Shown here piece after piece: positions 1-13,355 of a DNA stretch of 64,000 nucleotides. The notes beneath the pieces were generated by a model. It was given only the letters and a program-made list of their open reading frames with translations, did not search any database and was not told where the DNA came from. The DNA lies in contig OZ024742.1 of assembly GCA_964016885.1 (NCBI GenBank), positions 271,808,001-271,872,000 of the forward strand, written 5' to 3'. A program made the translations under genes and the position numbers. The stretch comes from Eledone cirrhosa (taxonomy: Eukaryota). Within the stretch, counting starts at the first letter, position 1, and each line of letters begins with the position of its first letter.

Positions 1-520
1 CCAAAACAATAACATCAATAATAACATAGCGCATAATTAAAACAATAACATCAATAAAAAGACATGTATGGTAAATAGATAGATAAGTTACAGATGTAAA
101 AAGTGACAAGTAATATATAAGATAGGGTACATTAACAAATAATAAGAACATGAGGAAATGGAAAATTTAAAGAAATAAATGAGTGAGAGAGTGCAAGTAG
201 ATGTTAGTATTTTTTGAGTCAGTGTTCTTATAAGGATTCGTTGGTGCTAACATAAGAAACTAGATTTGAGATGTAGATAAATATGTGTAGAAGGTCCGAT
301 AATGAAAAGACAATAAATTAGAGATTAATTGATGTATACGTGTATTATATTTATGGGCTAGGGATGACGGTACGTTTGATAAACGCTTGTTGCAAATGTT
401 TTGCTGTTAGTTCTATCTTAATGGGTTTGCTGGAGAGATTGTGGAAGAAGTGTACATAGATTTATGATCCAGTGACCGGTTGGCAGCTTGATAGCTAATA
501 GTGGTGCGATGGTGTGTATT

Positions 521-830
521 CTATATGTTAAAATCTAGGTGGTTCAGTACTAATTTTGGGATTGCTGGTTCAATCATGGGTGTTTGAAGTTCGTAAAATT
601 TAGTTGATATTTTATGCCTACAGAAAATACATCTTTCTATTTTGCTGTTAAGCAGCATCCTATCGCACCTTAACATATGTAGTAGTTCTAAATTACAAAG
701 CCCGCAGTGGGACATACCGTTGCTGTAGGCTTTTGATACCGATACTTTCGACCAGCTAATCTAATATTCTAGGTTTTTGTCCTTAAGCTGCCATATTTTA
801 TTGGCGAGCGTTGATGTGTTGATCAGTGGT
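521..830 (-). pseudogene. Penelope-like element GIY-YIG endonuclease C-terminal remnant
   Basis: Minus-strand translation STLANKIWQLKDKNLEY*ISWSKV..AYSNGMSHCGLCNLELLHM..LLNSKIE..CRH matches the PLE EN C-terminal pattern T.L..IW.LK/I.W/CxLCxxE/LLN..E...CRH; contains a stop. Confidence 0.75.
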
Positions 831-969
831 AAAAATAAGTATTGGAGATCGATTGACGCAACCTCAAGCGATTAGCGAACCCTAGACGCACCTGATCAAC
901 GAAACAATTGTCAGTACTTTAAATAAAGCACTTATTGTACAGCAAACCATGTTACGCTTCTTTCTTTAA

Positions 970-982
970 CTATATATATATA

Positions 983-1037
<55 letters not shown>
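970..1037. repeat. (TA)n microsatellite
   Basis: Direct reading. Confidence 0.97.
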
Positions 1038-1039
<2 letters not shown>

Positions 1040-1712
1040 TATATAATTCAATGTCGATGAGGAATAGCAATTCACAGAGCTCGTCGTCCTCCACACTAAG
1101 AGCGCGTTAATGGACGACAGGGGTGTATAAACAGAAGAAAACTAATTCACATGCCATTAATTATTGGATTGTTGAGGTAGAGTATAAACAAATCATATTG
1201 AGATAATGAAGTAATATCTGAAACATAAAGCATGGTTTGCCTTGATACAGATCTTGAGAGCTGACTTGAAGTTTCTTTGGAAAAACTATATGAAGTTGCT
1301 ACACATAGGGAATTATATGAGGTTTGGATATGAAGAATTATTCTGCTTAATTTGTTGATTAGTTTTCAATACCACCTGTTAAAAAACGTTTGAAAGTCAA
1401 GATCGTATAGTGATAAATTCTCTATGCCCAAATAAACTGTAGTGGAACACCAATCATTTATGGGTCTTTCTACTGATATTACATTACATCCACTCAAACT
1501 CCATTCAGGCAGCTCCAACCCAATTCTGTTATCTATAAAAATAAACCATATTTTCTATACCACAATTCCCAACAAAACCATAACACTCAATAGTGTGTCG
1601 CCAGACAGGTTGTCCAGCTGATTTCCATGTCCGTCACTGTTCTGAAAAAACATGTAATTACACATTCATCTACATTCGTTCAATGAAAATATAAGTTTGC
1701 CCCTCCCACTGA

Positions 1713-1781
<69 letters not shown>

Positions 1782-2232
1782 ATATGGGTGAGAAGAATAC
1801 TGCTGGTTGCACATGGATAACATGTTATAAAATAAGTCCCTCATCAGTGATTTACCAAACGATCATGGGTATTTCATCGCATTAAAAATCATATACCCCA
1901 GGTTGGAGCGATAAAAACTAAAATAAGTTATTAGGACAATAGAAACGCGTAAAGCGAGTGAGACAAGTAAACAACACAGGGGGAAGCTAACCGAAGATGT
2001 ATATATATATATATATATATATATCTTTAAGTCGTTTGGAAGCCTCGACAATGCAATTGGGTAAATCTCCGGGTAACAAGGTCCGGTGGTGGAGAGAGAT
2101 GTAAGTGGGTGTACGTTGAGGTGCGTGGTGTGTATAAGATATGTGACATGTGTAGAATGAAGGGAAGAGTATAAAGGATAACAATAAAAATAACAACACA
2201 AGAGAGAGTTACCTTGTGAGAGATTTAATAGT

Positions 2233-2268
2233 CCCTATATATTTCGGATTCACATCCATCAACTGGGG
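2233..2268 (-). ncRNA. Degenerate minimal type-I hammerhead-like motif (PLE pseudo-LTR)
   Basis: Minus strand CCC-CAGTTGA-T-GGAT GTGA ATCC-GAAA-TATA-TA-GGG; core differs from CUGAUGA at 2 positions; lies downstream of the GIY-YIG fragment at 2670-2897 on the same strand. Confidence 0.5.
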
Positions 2269-2669
2269 TTTTTTTCCGGGTGGGGGAAAATGTTGTCTGT
2301 CGGACAGGTCCGGAACGCGTCTTTCGCTGTTTGTTGTTTTGAATATCTGAGGTATTCGGCAGAGCGCGCGTGCGGTGAAATGGGGTCGGTCGTACAGAGG
2401 TCAGCGGCCGAATGAGGGAGTGGGATGGCGCTAGCTGTCAGTCCATTCTCTGCCTGTTTGTTAAATGTTACTGTGTGTGTGTGTGCGTGTGTTGTTGTCT
2501 CACTTGAGTGTGTGTGTGTGTGTTGTTGCCTTGTTCATCTGTATTGGCAGTGTAGTATGTTCGTATGGTGGAATGCTACTGTGTGTGTGTGCGTGTATGT
2601 GTGTAGTTGTCTCGTTTGCGCGTGTGTGTGTGTGCGTGTGTTGTGTGTTGTTACATCGCTTGTTAAGTA

Positions 2670-2897
2670 AACCAGCCATTTCATTTCGTTTCTCTCTGAT
2701 CGGTTGTTTATTTGCGGTTGCAGTCGTTTGATAAAAAGCGCTTCCTTGATACGTAACGTGCCGACGTTTCTTTCAGTCGCTAGAATTGTAACAATGGGCC
2801 TTCCGTCTTTGTTTACGCATTTGTCTATGTGTTTCCGGAAAGACGAGGCCCTGGTTTTAGTGTGTTCCTTGATCCAGATGTGCAAAGGTCGAATTGT
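2670..2897 (-). pseudogene. Penelope-like GIY-YIG endonuclease 3' fragment
   Basis: [52 protein letters not shown] matches the GIY-YIG pattern (T.R.L..R..EH, IKEAL.I....P.IN); truncated at (TA)n. Confidence 0.75.
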
Positions 2898-2899
2898 GC

Positions 2900-4503
<1,604 letters not shown>

Positions 4504-4507
<4 letters not shown>

Positions 4508-4941
4508 TGAGATATAAGAATCAAAGAACTGTTCAAAACATTATTGTGCTTACAGCTGTTTCCTCCAAACCGAGGTTTGGATTCTTCGGAGCAATTTATT
4601 AATGCATGGACAGTTATATGACCTCCTTTTCAGCCGAGAGACATACCAATACATATTCAAACATTGATACATATTCAAACATTGTGGGTCAACATTCATT
4701 ACAGAATTTAGAGTGGCAGTGTGTACTGCCACTCTAAATTCTGTAATGAATGTTGACCCACAATGTTTGAATATGTATCAATGTTTGAATATGTATTGGT
4801 ATGTCTCTCGGCTGAAAAGGAGGTCATATCACTGTCCATGCATTAATAAATTGCTCCGAAGAATCCAAACCTCGGTTTGGAGGAAACAGCTGTAAGCACA
4901 ATAATGTTTTGAACAGTTCTTTGATTCTTATATCTCATATA
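4504..4941. repeat. Near-perfect palindrome, 217-bp arms, 4-nt spacer GTGT
   Basis: 4504-4720 is the reverse complement of 4725-4941 with one mismatch seen; mirror ORFs 4550..4732(-) and 4713..4895(+) are near-identical. Confidence 0.95.
4852..4898 (+). ncRNA. Minimal type-I hammerhead-like motif (U4C core variant); mirror copy at 4547-4593 (-)
   Basis: TGCT-CCGAAGA-A-TCCAAAC CTCG GTTTGGA-G-GAAAC-AGCT-GTA-AGCA: stem I tgct/agca, 7-bp stem II, palindromic stem III loop. Confidence 0.65.
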
Positions 4942-5099
4942 ACTGCTCTGTAAATCATCTGATGTTTTTACATTGAGCTACTTAACTTACTGGTAATAAG
5001 GTAGTAATACATTACTGCCTACCACTATTTAGGGTGTGTGTAAAATACTTACAACTGCTTAAGGTTTTGTGTTTACATAACCATAAATAGTATAACTAA

Positions 5100-5172
<73 letters not shown>

Positions 5173-5197
5173 TATATGGTCAGTTATATATATAGAT

Positions 5198-5726
<529 letters not shown>

Positions 5727-5769
5727 AAAAGAGATATAGTTTCAGGTGTTCAATTTCTTTAATAATAAT

Positions 5770-5843
5770 GCTGTGATATATATTTCAATGGTGAAAATGG
5801 CCACACTGTTCTGTGGGCCAGTCTCGCGACATCGTCAGACAGC
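5770..5843 (-). ncRNA. Type-I hammerhead ribozyme motif, intact core
   Basis: GCTGT-CTGACGA-long stem II-GAAA-TATATA-TC-ACAGC on the minus strand. Confidence 0.75.
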
Positions 5844-6580
5844 TTGTTACATAATAAGGTTATGTTTCCGAGGCAATCCAAATTGAATCGACATGGGAAC
5901 GGACGAAGTATGTGTTTTGGGGTTCTTCATCCGTTCCCCTGTGATTACCAATTCACCCCTACTTGTCTGCGCAGGCGCAGGTCCAGGAGGAAGTTGACCA
6001 TTAGCTACCGCAGATTTAAACAAAATTCGCTTAGTCAGTTCCCTCTCTCAGCCAGACAATGACCCATTCAAGCCTGCACTATAGTTTACTGCTACCCATC
6101 CCGTCTGTGGCAGTCAGCCGAAAGCCAGTGGAGATGGGAGAGTGTTAGTATTTACAGGTCTCTTTACTACCTCTCACAATCAGGACAGTATAATTGACCA
6201 TCAACCCCTAAGAGGGTATATTTAATTCTATGTATCATAGTTTCATATTGGAAGTTATAAGTGAAATTAGAACTAAAAATTACAATTTAAAATCGAAAAT
6301 CCTAAATCAAGTATCAGAAATTATAAATTAAAAAATTAACAATTAGAAATTAAACAATTAAAGATTTTTCAAGTGAGAATCCGGATTGAGGTGAGTAAAA
6401 AAAATGATAGATTGAAGTGAGTAAATAATATGCAGAGAGATGTTTAAGTAAGAAGTTCTGAAAGGGGTCCTAATGTTACAGTTAGACTATCTACATACTG
6501 AACGATGGTGCCGTACAGTAGAACTGAGGGTAAGTTACAGTATTACGGGCAGTAGTTAATCGGGTACATAGTCGTAACAA

Positions 6581-6654
6581 GCTGTCTGACGATGTCGCGA
6601 GACTGGCCCACAGAACAGTGTGGCCACTTTCGCCATTGAAATATATATCACAGC
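6581..6654 (+). ncRNA. Type-I hammerhead ribozyme motif, intact core
   Basis: GCTGT-CTGACGA (6586-6592)-extended stem II (gcga..tggcc..cac/gtg..ggcca..tcgc)-GAAA (6638-6641)-TATATA-TC-ACAGC; 5-bp stem I, AUC cleavage triplet. Confidence 0.78.
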
Positions 6655-6700
6655 ATTATTATTAAAGGACTTGAACATCTGAAACTACTTCGCTTTTCCT

Positions 6701-6741
<41 letters not shown>

Positions 6742-6767
6742 TATTTTAATATATATATACATATTTA

Positions 6768-6799
<32 letters not shown>

Positions 6800-6800
6800 C

Positions 6801-6833
<33 letters not shown>

Positions 6834-8415
6834 TACATATGCATATTTTAAATGTAAGCTATCGCCGTATTTTGACTAAAGAAATTAAAGAAAATTATTT
6901 AGCCTGAACGTGGGGTTAAGAACCCGCGGAGAATTGGAAAAAGATAGGTATTGACGTAGTATTTAGTCAAAATACGCCGATAGCTTATATCTATAATTTC
7001 AAACACGCAGTAGAAGTGGCATTTAATTTGTTGGAAGTCCGACAAATATAAAGGTGTATAACTGATTTAGATCACTCAACAAGTTACTGGTGTAAATGTT
7101 CAATGAAATTAAATAAATGGAAACTATATTTATAAAACCATATTTATTTCATTATATATATTTTAAGGGCAACCAAGACAACATTGGTACGCTTTCATCA
7201 GTTAAATACAAAGTGTGTATTATAAATAGAGACATACCCATGAAAATCATACCTTATCGGTTGGAAAATCACTGGATAGTGAAAATATATTAGGGATTAT
7301 TCAAACTTATGTGTGAATATGCAAGTGAATATGTAAATAATTGAGAAACAAACGTTTATTTAAATGACACTGGAGAAAGAATGAGAGAACAAATTAAAAA
7401 AATATTTAGAGAGCGATAGAGAGAAGTAATTAACAAGAGGATGAATAACAATTTGGTGGAATATTGTCTAAGTATATATCTAATGGTATGTGTACTTAAG
7501 ATTAATTAGTTGTTAAAATTATTTTCTAATATAATATTTACTGTTATAAGTCGATAGAAAAATAAATAGAAAAATAGATAGAAAAATAAATAAACAAATA
7601 AATAAATAAATAAATAGATAAATGGATAAATAGATAAATAAATGAATAGATGGCTATATCCTGTTACAAATAATTGTTTTAATGAATTATGAGGGATATT
7701 GGTTTTATATTTAATCTAAGTAAATATTAAGTTAAATTAAATTAAGTTAACTGAGTTAATAAGAATATTTATATTTATATATTTTAAAATGGGAAGATAC
7801 GGATAAAACTCCAGTTTTGTTTATGTATTCGTTAGTATGAGACTATTTTGTCAAAATAAGTATAAATGTTGAAAGATATATTTAGCCAGAACTAGTTAAT
7901 GGTTATAAATCTGATAAAAGGTATTGAAAAAATATTAAAAATTCGGGAAAAATCTTTTTTTTAAATAATTTTTAAAAATAGATAAAAAATTAAAGAAATA
8001 AAAAATAAAGAATTACAAATTATTAAGATTAAAATTACAATTAAAATTAAAATTAAAATTAAAATTAAAATTTAAATTTAAATTTAAAAAAATTAGAATT
8101 ATATATGTATATATTTTAAGAAACTTTAAGAAGTGAAATTATAGCAAATGTTATACATATGATTTAGAGATATCAATATATTAAAACCAAGTGGATAAGA
8201 TTGTTATGGAAATAAGTAGAAATATTATAAGTGTAATTATAATTTATATATAGTTATAAATGTTGAATTCAGGCGATGTCTACAAGAACTAAATAAATCC
8301 GTCCTTATTAATATAAGGACGAGTTAATATTCAGTAGAGTCTTCAAGCTGAGCAGGTATAAGCAAATGAATAAATGAAGGTGTCATTAGCCGTTATAACA
8401 AATTATTTATACAAT

Positions 8416-8466
8416 TGTTACATAATGTTTCGCCCGCATTAAAGGATAATGAGGGCTCTTCAGAGA
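8416..8466 (-). ncRNA. Type-I hammerhead-like motif in PLE 3' pseudo-LTR
   Basis: Minus: TCT-CTGAAGA-GCCCtCATTA tcctt TAATGcGGGC-GAAAC-ATTAT-GTA-ACA; core intact, stem I mismatched; downstream of the GIY-YIG at 8927-9230. Confidence 0.65.
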
Positions 8467-8598
8467 AATGTATTTGTTAATACAAATGTTTGTCAATAAA
8501 AATACCAACCAATCTGGGTGAAACTATATTCACAGTAGATGCACGTCGCCATCCATCGTAAACAGCAAATAATAATGGCGACTGTGAATGGGGCATTA

Positions 8599-8692
8599 AA
8601 CTTTGCCTTTCATCCTTACGGGGTCGATAAAATAAAGTACCAGTAATGTACTGGATAATTGCTGGCCTTGTGCCTAAAGTAGAAACAATTAT
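8599..8692 (+). mobile_element. 5'-truncated Nin-domain SINE
   Basis: aactttgcctttcatccttacggggtcgataaaataaagtaccag...agaaacaattat, same family as 10685-10872. Confidence 0.85.
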
Positions 8693-8926
8693 CTACAAGG
8701 GAGGTAACTGCACGGTGAAAAGGTTTAAAATCACTCTTAGAAAATATTGTATATACCAGATATAGGGATGATTTGGCAGAGTGGCTTTAATTCAGTAAGT
8801 GTTGGATAGTGCTTAGGCAAATGTTAGATGGCTGGTTAAGAGCATCATTACATATAGTACTTAGGCTGAACTATTATAGGGAGTACTTAACGGTGGCTTA
8901 ATGTAGGCTGCTGTCAAGATTGAAGG

Positions 8927-9230
8927 TTACCCTTCGTCGTAAGACCAGTCATAGTGTTGTAGTCTGTGGTTGCAGTTTACAATAGTCTCCGTTCTGCTAT
9001 GAATAAGTGTGTGGGGTGAGTTTACTATAAAATAAGTTTCCATTAGGCATAGCTGACAATTTTTCCTAGAGTTGTAAGGCGTTGCTTGATCTACTATACT
9101 CCGCTGTGTAGTATAGCTAATGTTAGATTCCATTAATTGTGTGATATAGCTAGCAAGGCACGTAGAGAACCTGAGTTTCTTATTTCTAAAAGAGAGGAGA
9201 TGCGATCAAAATCTAGTCTTGAACTCATTA
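8927..9230 (-). pseudogene. Penelope-like GIY-YIG endonuclease C-terminal remnant
   Basis: IVDQATPYNSRKNCQLCLMETYFI..LIHSRTETIVNCNH matches the CxLCxxE..I / L..R.E....C.H PLE EN tail. Confidence 0.75.
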
Positions 9231-9249
9231 GAAGTGGCCTCTATGTAAG

Positions 9250-10092
9250 AGTTAGTGCTGTTGCTGGTAGTCACTGTGCATTTGTAGAAATGAATATCAA
9301 GCCACTGCCTGCAGCCTCATATATTCAGGACGTATCGGAGGGTTCTTGCTGTTCCCAGCAAGCATGCCTCTTGAGGTGTTCCAAAAGGCGGGGCGGGACC
9401 AATTTTCTTTAACCATCCTTGGAAACTCCCTGGGCTAGTACCTAGTGCGCCTATGACAATCGGGACCGCTTTGACTTCATGGCAGTTCCAAATAGTTTTT
9501 ACCTCCTACTTTAAGTCCTGGTATCGGGTCATTTTCTCCCTCTCCTTCTCTTGCACTCTTGTGTCGAATGGGCAGGCTACCCCTACAATCAGGCATGATC
9601 TTTTTTCTTTGTCTAAAACCACCAGATCAGGCCTATTGTGTTCTAATTTCTTCTGAAAAACCACCAGGTCAGGTTTATTGTGTTCCAGTTTCTTGTCCGT
9701 CTGTATCCTAAAATCCCACAGCAGATTCACCTGATCGTTTTCCATCACCGACTGTGGCTTATGCTCATACCACTTCTCAGAATGTGGTAAATTGTTTACT
9801 TTGCATAGGTTCCAGTGGATCACCCTGCCAATCACATCATGTCTTCAGCCGTTATAGTGAGTCTGGGCTAGGTGTTTACACTCGGATACAATGTGAGCCA
9901 CAGTCACCTCTCTCTCTCCACTGATCCTGCATAGCCTCCTTTTTGTAAATATGGTGTTTCAGCCACTTCGTTTTGAGGGCCTGCTCTTGCGTAGCCATTA
10001 GCTTTCCTTCTATAGCCTTTTTAAGGTCTCCTCTTTTCAACCACTTCCATGTCTGTGGATCTCCGAATTCAGTTTTCTCAAAGAAGGTACTA
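9250..10092 (-). mobile_element. R4/Dong-like non-LTR retrotransposon 3' fragment (zinc knuckle + RLE)
   Basis: WKWLKRGDLKK..EG.LMA.QEQAL; LLWDFRIQTDKKLEHNRPDLVV..KMTRYQDLK; highly similar to the 3' end of 28230-31705. Confidence 0.9.
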
Positions 10093-10094
10093 TG

Positions 10095-10680
10095 TGAAGT
10101 CCATATGAAGATCGACCCGCCGCCTTCTTTTGGCCAGGAAGGGCAGGCAATTTTCCTCTGTCTGGTGGCAGTAGCGAAAGAGGTTGTATGGTGGACGAGG
10201 TTGAAAGGACTGAAGACAGACACTTTTCTCTTCGGCCAATCTCTCATCAACTTTTTCAAGTTTCACTTGGAAAGGAAGGTGGGGGTGGTGAGCGAAGTGC
10301 TGCCCCCCAGTACATGTGCTGAAAGGTAGGTGAATGTGGCGAGAATGGCTCGTGTGTGTGGGCCTACTCTGGTCATGTGGCTGTAGGTAGGTAAATTTGA
10401 AGAGGAGAGGGGTGCCCTTCAAAGGTTCTCTCGAAACGTCTGGTCGTTCAGGACTGGTGGCGTACCTGAGCGAACCCTAGGTGGTCATCTCCCGTTTTGG
10501 GGAATTTTTTCTTGTTGTAATTTTCTTGTTACTTTATTGTTACTTTGTTATTGTTACTTTGTTTATTCATATAGTTTACCCGATTTTTCTGTAAAACCCC
10601 ACTGTCCCAGTCTTTTGTATTGTCCCCTATATGTCGGCCCTTGTAGCCAAAAAATAAAATCATTATTATTATTATTATTT
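10095..10680 (+). mobile_element. Tx1/L1-like LINE 3' fragment with (ATT)n tail
   Basis: PPSFGQEGQAIFLCLVAVAKEVVWWTRLKGLK matches the ORF2 C-terminus of the other Tx1 copies; ends aataaaatcattattatt. Confidence 0.88.
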
Positions 10681-10684
10681 ACAA

Positions 10685-10870
10685 GGGCGGTGGATGGCAG
10701 TATCGGTAGAGGGTCGGACGCCATGCTTTGCAGCAAAGAGTTACGGCCCTTTATGGTCTCCGTTCAAAACCCGCCGAGGTTAACTTTGCCTTTCATCCTT
10801 ACGGGGTCGATAAAATAAAGTACCAGTAATACACTGGGTTATTGCTGGCCTTGTGCCAAAAGTAGAAACA

Positions 10871-10872
<2 letters not shown>
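10685..10872 (+). mobile_element. Full-length tRNA-derived Nin-domain SINE
   Basis: A-box-like tggcagtatcgg, B-box-like gttcaaaaccc, Nin-like core gccgagg..gcctttcatcctt.cggggtcgataaaat..gtaccag, (ATT)n tail; many copies in the window. Confidence 0.85.

Positions 10873-10923
<51 letters not shown>
10870..10923. repeat. (ATT)n tract shared as 3' tail by the SINE (+) and the R4/Dong element (-)
   Basis: Direct reading. Confidence 0.95.
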
Positions 10924-10931
<8 letters not shown>

Positions 10932-13099
10932 TTATCTTGCTTTATGTTCATACGAGTTATTACCGAGTCACAGCCAGTGACCTCAAGAGACATCAACGTC
11001 CGCCATGTTCAAGAGAGAACATACATACACACACATGCATATTTAGGTGTTTAGACTTGTGATGTACTTATATTGAGAGAATCTTCCTTAGTATATGGGC
11101 AGTTCCCATTAGTAATATCTTTTGTATTTCTCCTATACGCGGGTTTCCTGGGATTTGCGATAAGTAATCATTAGACCCCTTAGGTATCAATCCCAGAGCG
11201 CCTACAACCACTGGTATTGTTTTAGTTCTCAATTTCCACATTTTTCCAATTTCTATCTCCAGGTCCTTATACTTGCTCAATTTTTTATATGTTTTTATAG
11301 ATACATTCTTGTCTATTGGAACGGACATATCAATTAGCAGGCATACCCTCTTTTTAAAGTCTTTCAATATTATATCAGGTCTATTTGCATCTATTTTTCG
11401 GTCTGTTTGGATGCTAAAGTTCCACAAGATTGAGATCTGATCTTTTTCAAGTATCGGAGGTGGTTGATGCTCCCACCAATTATTTTGATGGGCATGTAAA
11501 TATGCTTACACATTATCCAATGTATGTATTGTGCAGCTCTGTCATGCCTGTTCAGGTATTCGATTGGAGCTATAGGACTGCACATTGAAATGATATGGTC
11601 AATGGTCTCTGGTTGTTTTTTGCATACACGGCATAATGGGCTGCATCCATTTTTTATTATGTTGGCTTGGTAATTTTTTGTTGGCAGACACTGATCTTGT
11701 GCTGATATAATCAGTCCTTCAGTCTCCGATTTCAGTCCAGAGGATGCCAACTACTGATGGGTTAAAGTTTTGTCAACATCAGGATTGTTAGCTCGTTGTG
11801 GGTATTTTCCATACAGAGGCTTTTCTTGCCATTTCTTAGCCAGTTTCTGTAGCAGTTCTTTCTTTGCAGTTACTTTTACCTGCTTTGCTTTTTCTGTGTT
11901 TTCCATTTCAGCAGTAAATGGTTTTTCTGAAATTTGTAATCCATTACTGTATCTTTGTGCATCTTTTGTAATGGAATATGATCTTTTGATGCTTTCGTGT
12001 TTCAAAACGAGTTTGATCATGCAATCATGTGATTCCCTTAGATATGTAGATAATCCAATTGTTGCAGTTTTCAACTAGTCTAACTGGACTAACCCACGTC
12101 CTCCTTCTTTCCTAGGGAGATATATTCTATCTCTATCGGCCTTAGGGTGATGCATTCTGTGCATGATTAAGAATTTTCGAATTTTTGTATCGAGCCTACG
12201 GATCTCTGTGCTTGACCAGTTGATGACATTGTAACTGTAGGTTACTACTGGTATGGCAAGCGTGTTTATGGCATTGATCCTATTCCTTGCATTCAATTCC
12301 GTTCTTAAGATTGCTCTTACTCTGCGGTTACATTCCTTCCTTATCCTTTCCCTCATTGTCGAGTGCTTGATTCCGTCTCCTTCACAAACACCTAGATATT
12401 TGTGAGTTTTTTCTTGATCAAGTTCTCTTATCACGTTCTCTCGATCAAGATTAATGTCTGAACTCTTCAGCAGCTTTCCTCTGGTGAACGTTGCTTTGGC
12501 GTATTTATCTAGTCCAGACTCCATTTTAATGTCATCACTGAACTGCTCCACAGTGGATAATAGCCCTTGCACTTGTTCATCATTTTTTGCAAATAGTTTC
12601 AGGTCATCCATGTAGAACAAGTGATTAATGGCTTTGTCATATACTCTATTTCCATGTTTTGTTTCATTGAGCATCTTACTTAATGGTATAAGTGCGATGC
12701 AGAATAAAAGCGGTGATAAAGAGTCACCCTGAAAAATTCCACAATTAATATTAACTTCTCCAGCTCTCAGTGATTTTGTTTCACTATTCAAAAGGAGTGT
12801 CGTTTTCCATGTCTTCATACTGAATGACAAAAACCTCCTGACAGCGGGGGATATTTTGAAAATCTCTAAACATTTTTCAATCCAACTGTGTGGCAAACTA
12901 TCGAATGCTTTTTTATAATCTATCCAAGCAATTGATAGATTTTTGTGTCTATTATGACAATCTTCCAGTATCATTTTGATAACCAAAAGCTGATCTTTAC
13001 AGCCATATGAGCCTCGTTTACACACTTTCTGCTCAATGGGAAATATGTCATTTGTTATCAGGTGGTCATATGTGTATTCAGTTAGGACTGATGTTAAAA

Positions 13100-13101
<2 letters not shown>
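10924..13101 (-). mobile_element. R4/Dong-like retrotransposon, 5'-truncated (RT, CCHC, RLE), with in-frame stops
   Basis: [74 protein letters not shown] in ORFs 12075..13025, 11391..11750, 11068..11427. Confidence 0.93.
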
Positions 13102-13133
<32 letters not shown>

Positions 13134-13355
13134 GAATGCTATGTTTGACGGAGGCTCGGCTCTGTAAGGTATTGTAAATTTTGAACGCTATAACAAGTGT
13201 AAATTGTTTAAAACTTTTACCAACTTGTAGACAAAAACATCCTCCTCCTCGTGAGAGGGGTCTTTCTGCCCGTTATTTGGCCCTTCGGGGTTAAATAACT
13301 GCTTATTGCGGTTTTGTGCCTAATATTTATTTTAAACAAAAAAAAAAAAAACAAC

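Noticed and set aside
9876-10259. 127-aa ORF apparently fusing two domains
   Set aside because: Reads antisense Tx1 sequence into the truncated Dong fragment across a junction at ~10093; accidental
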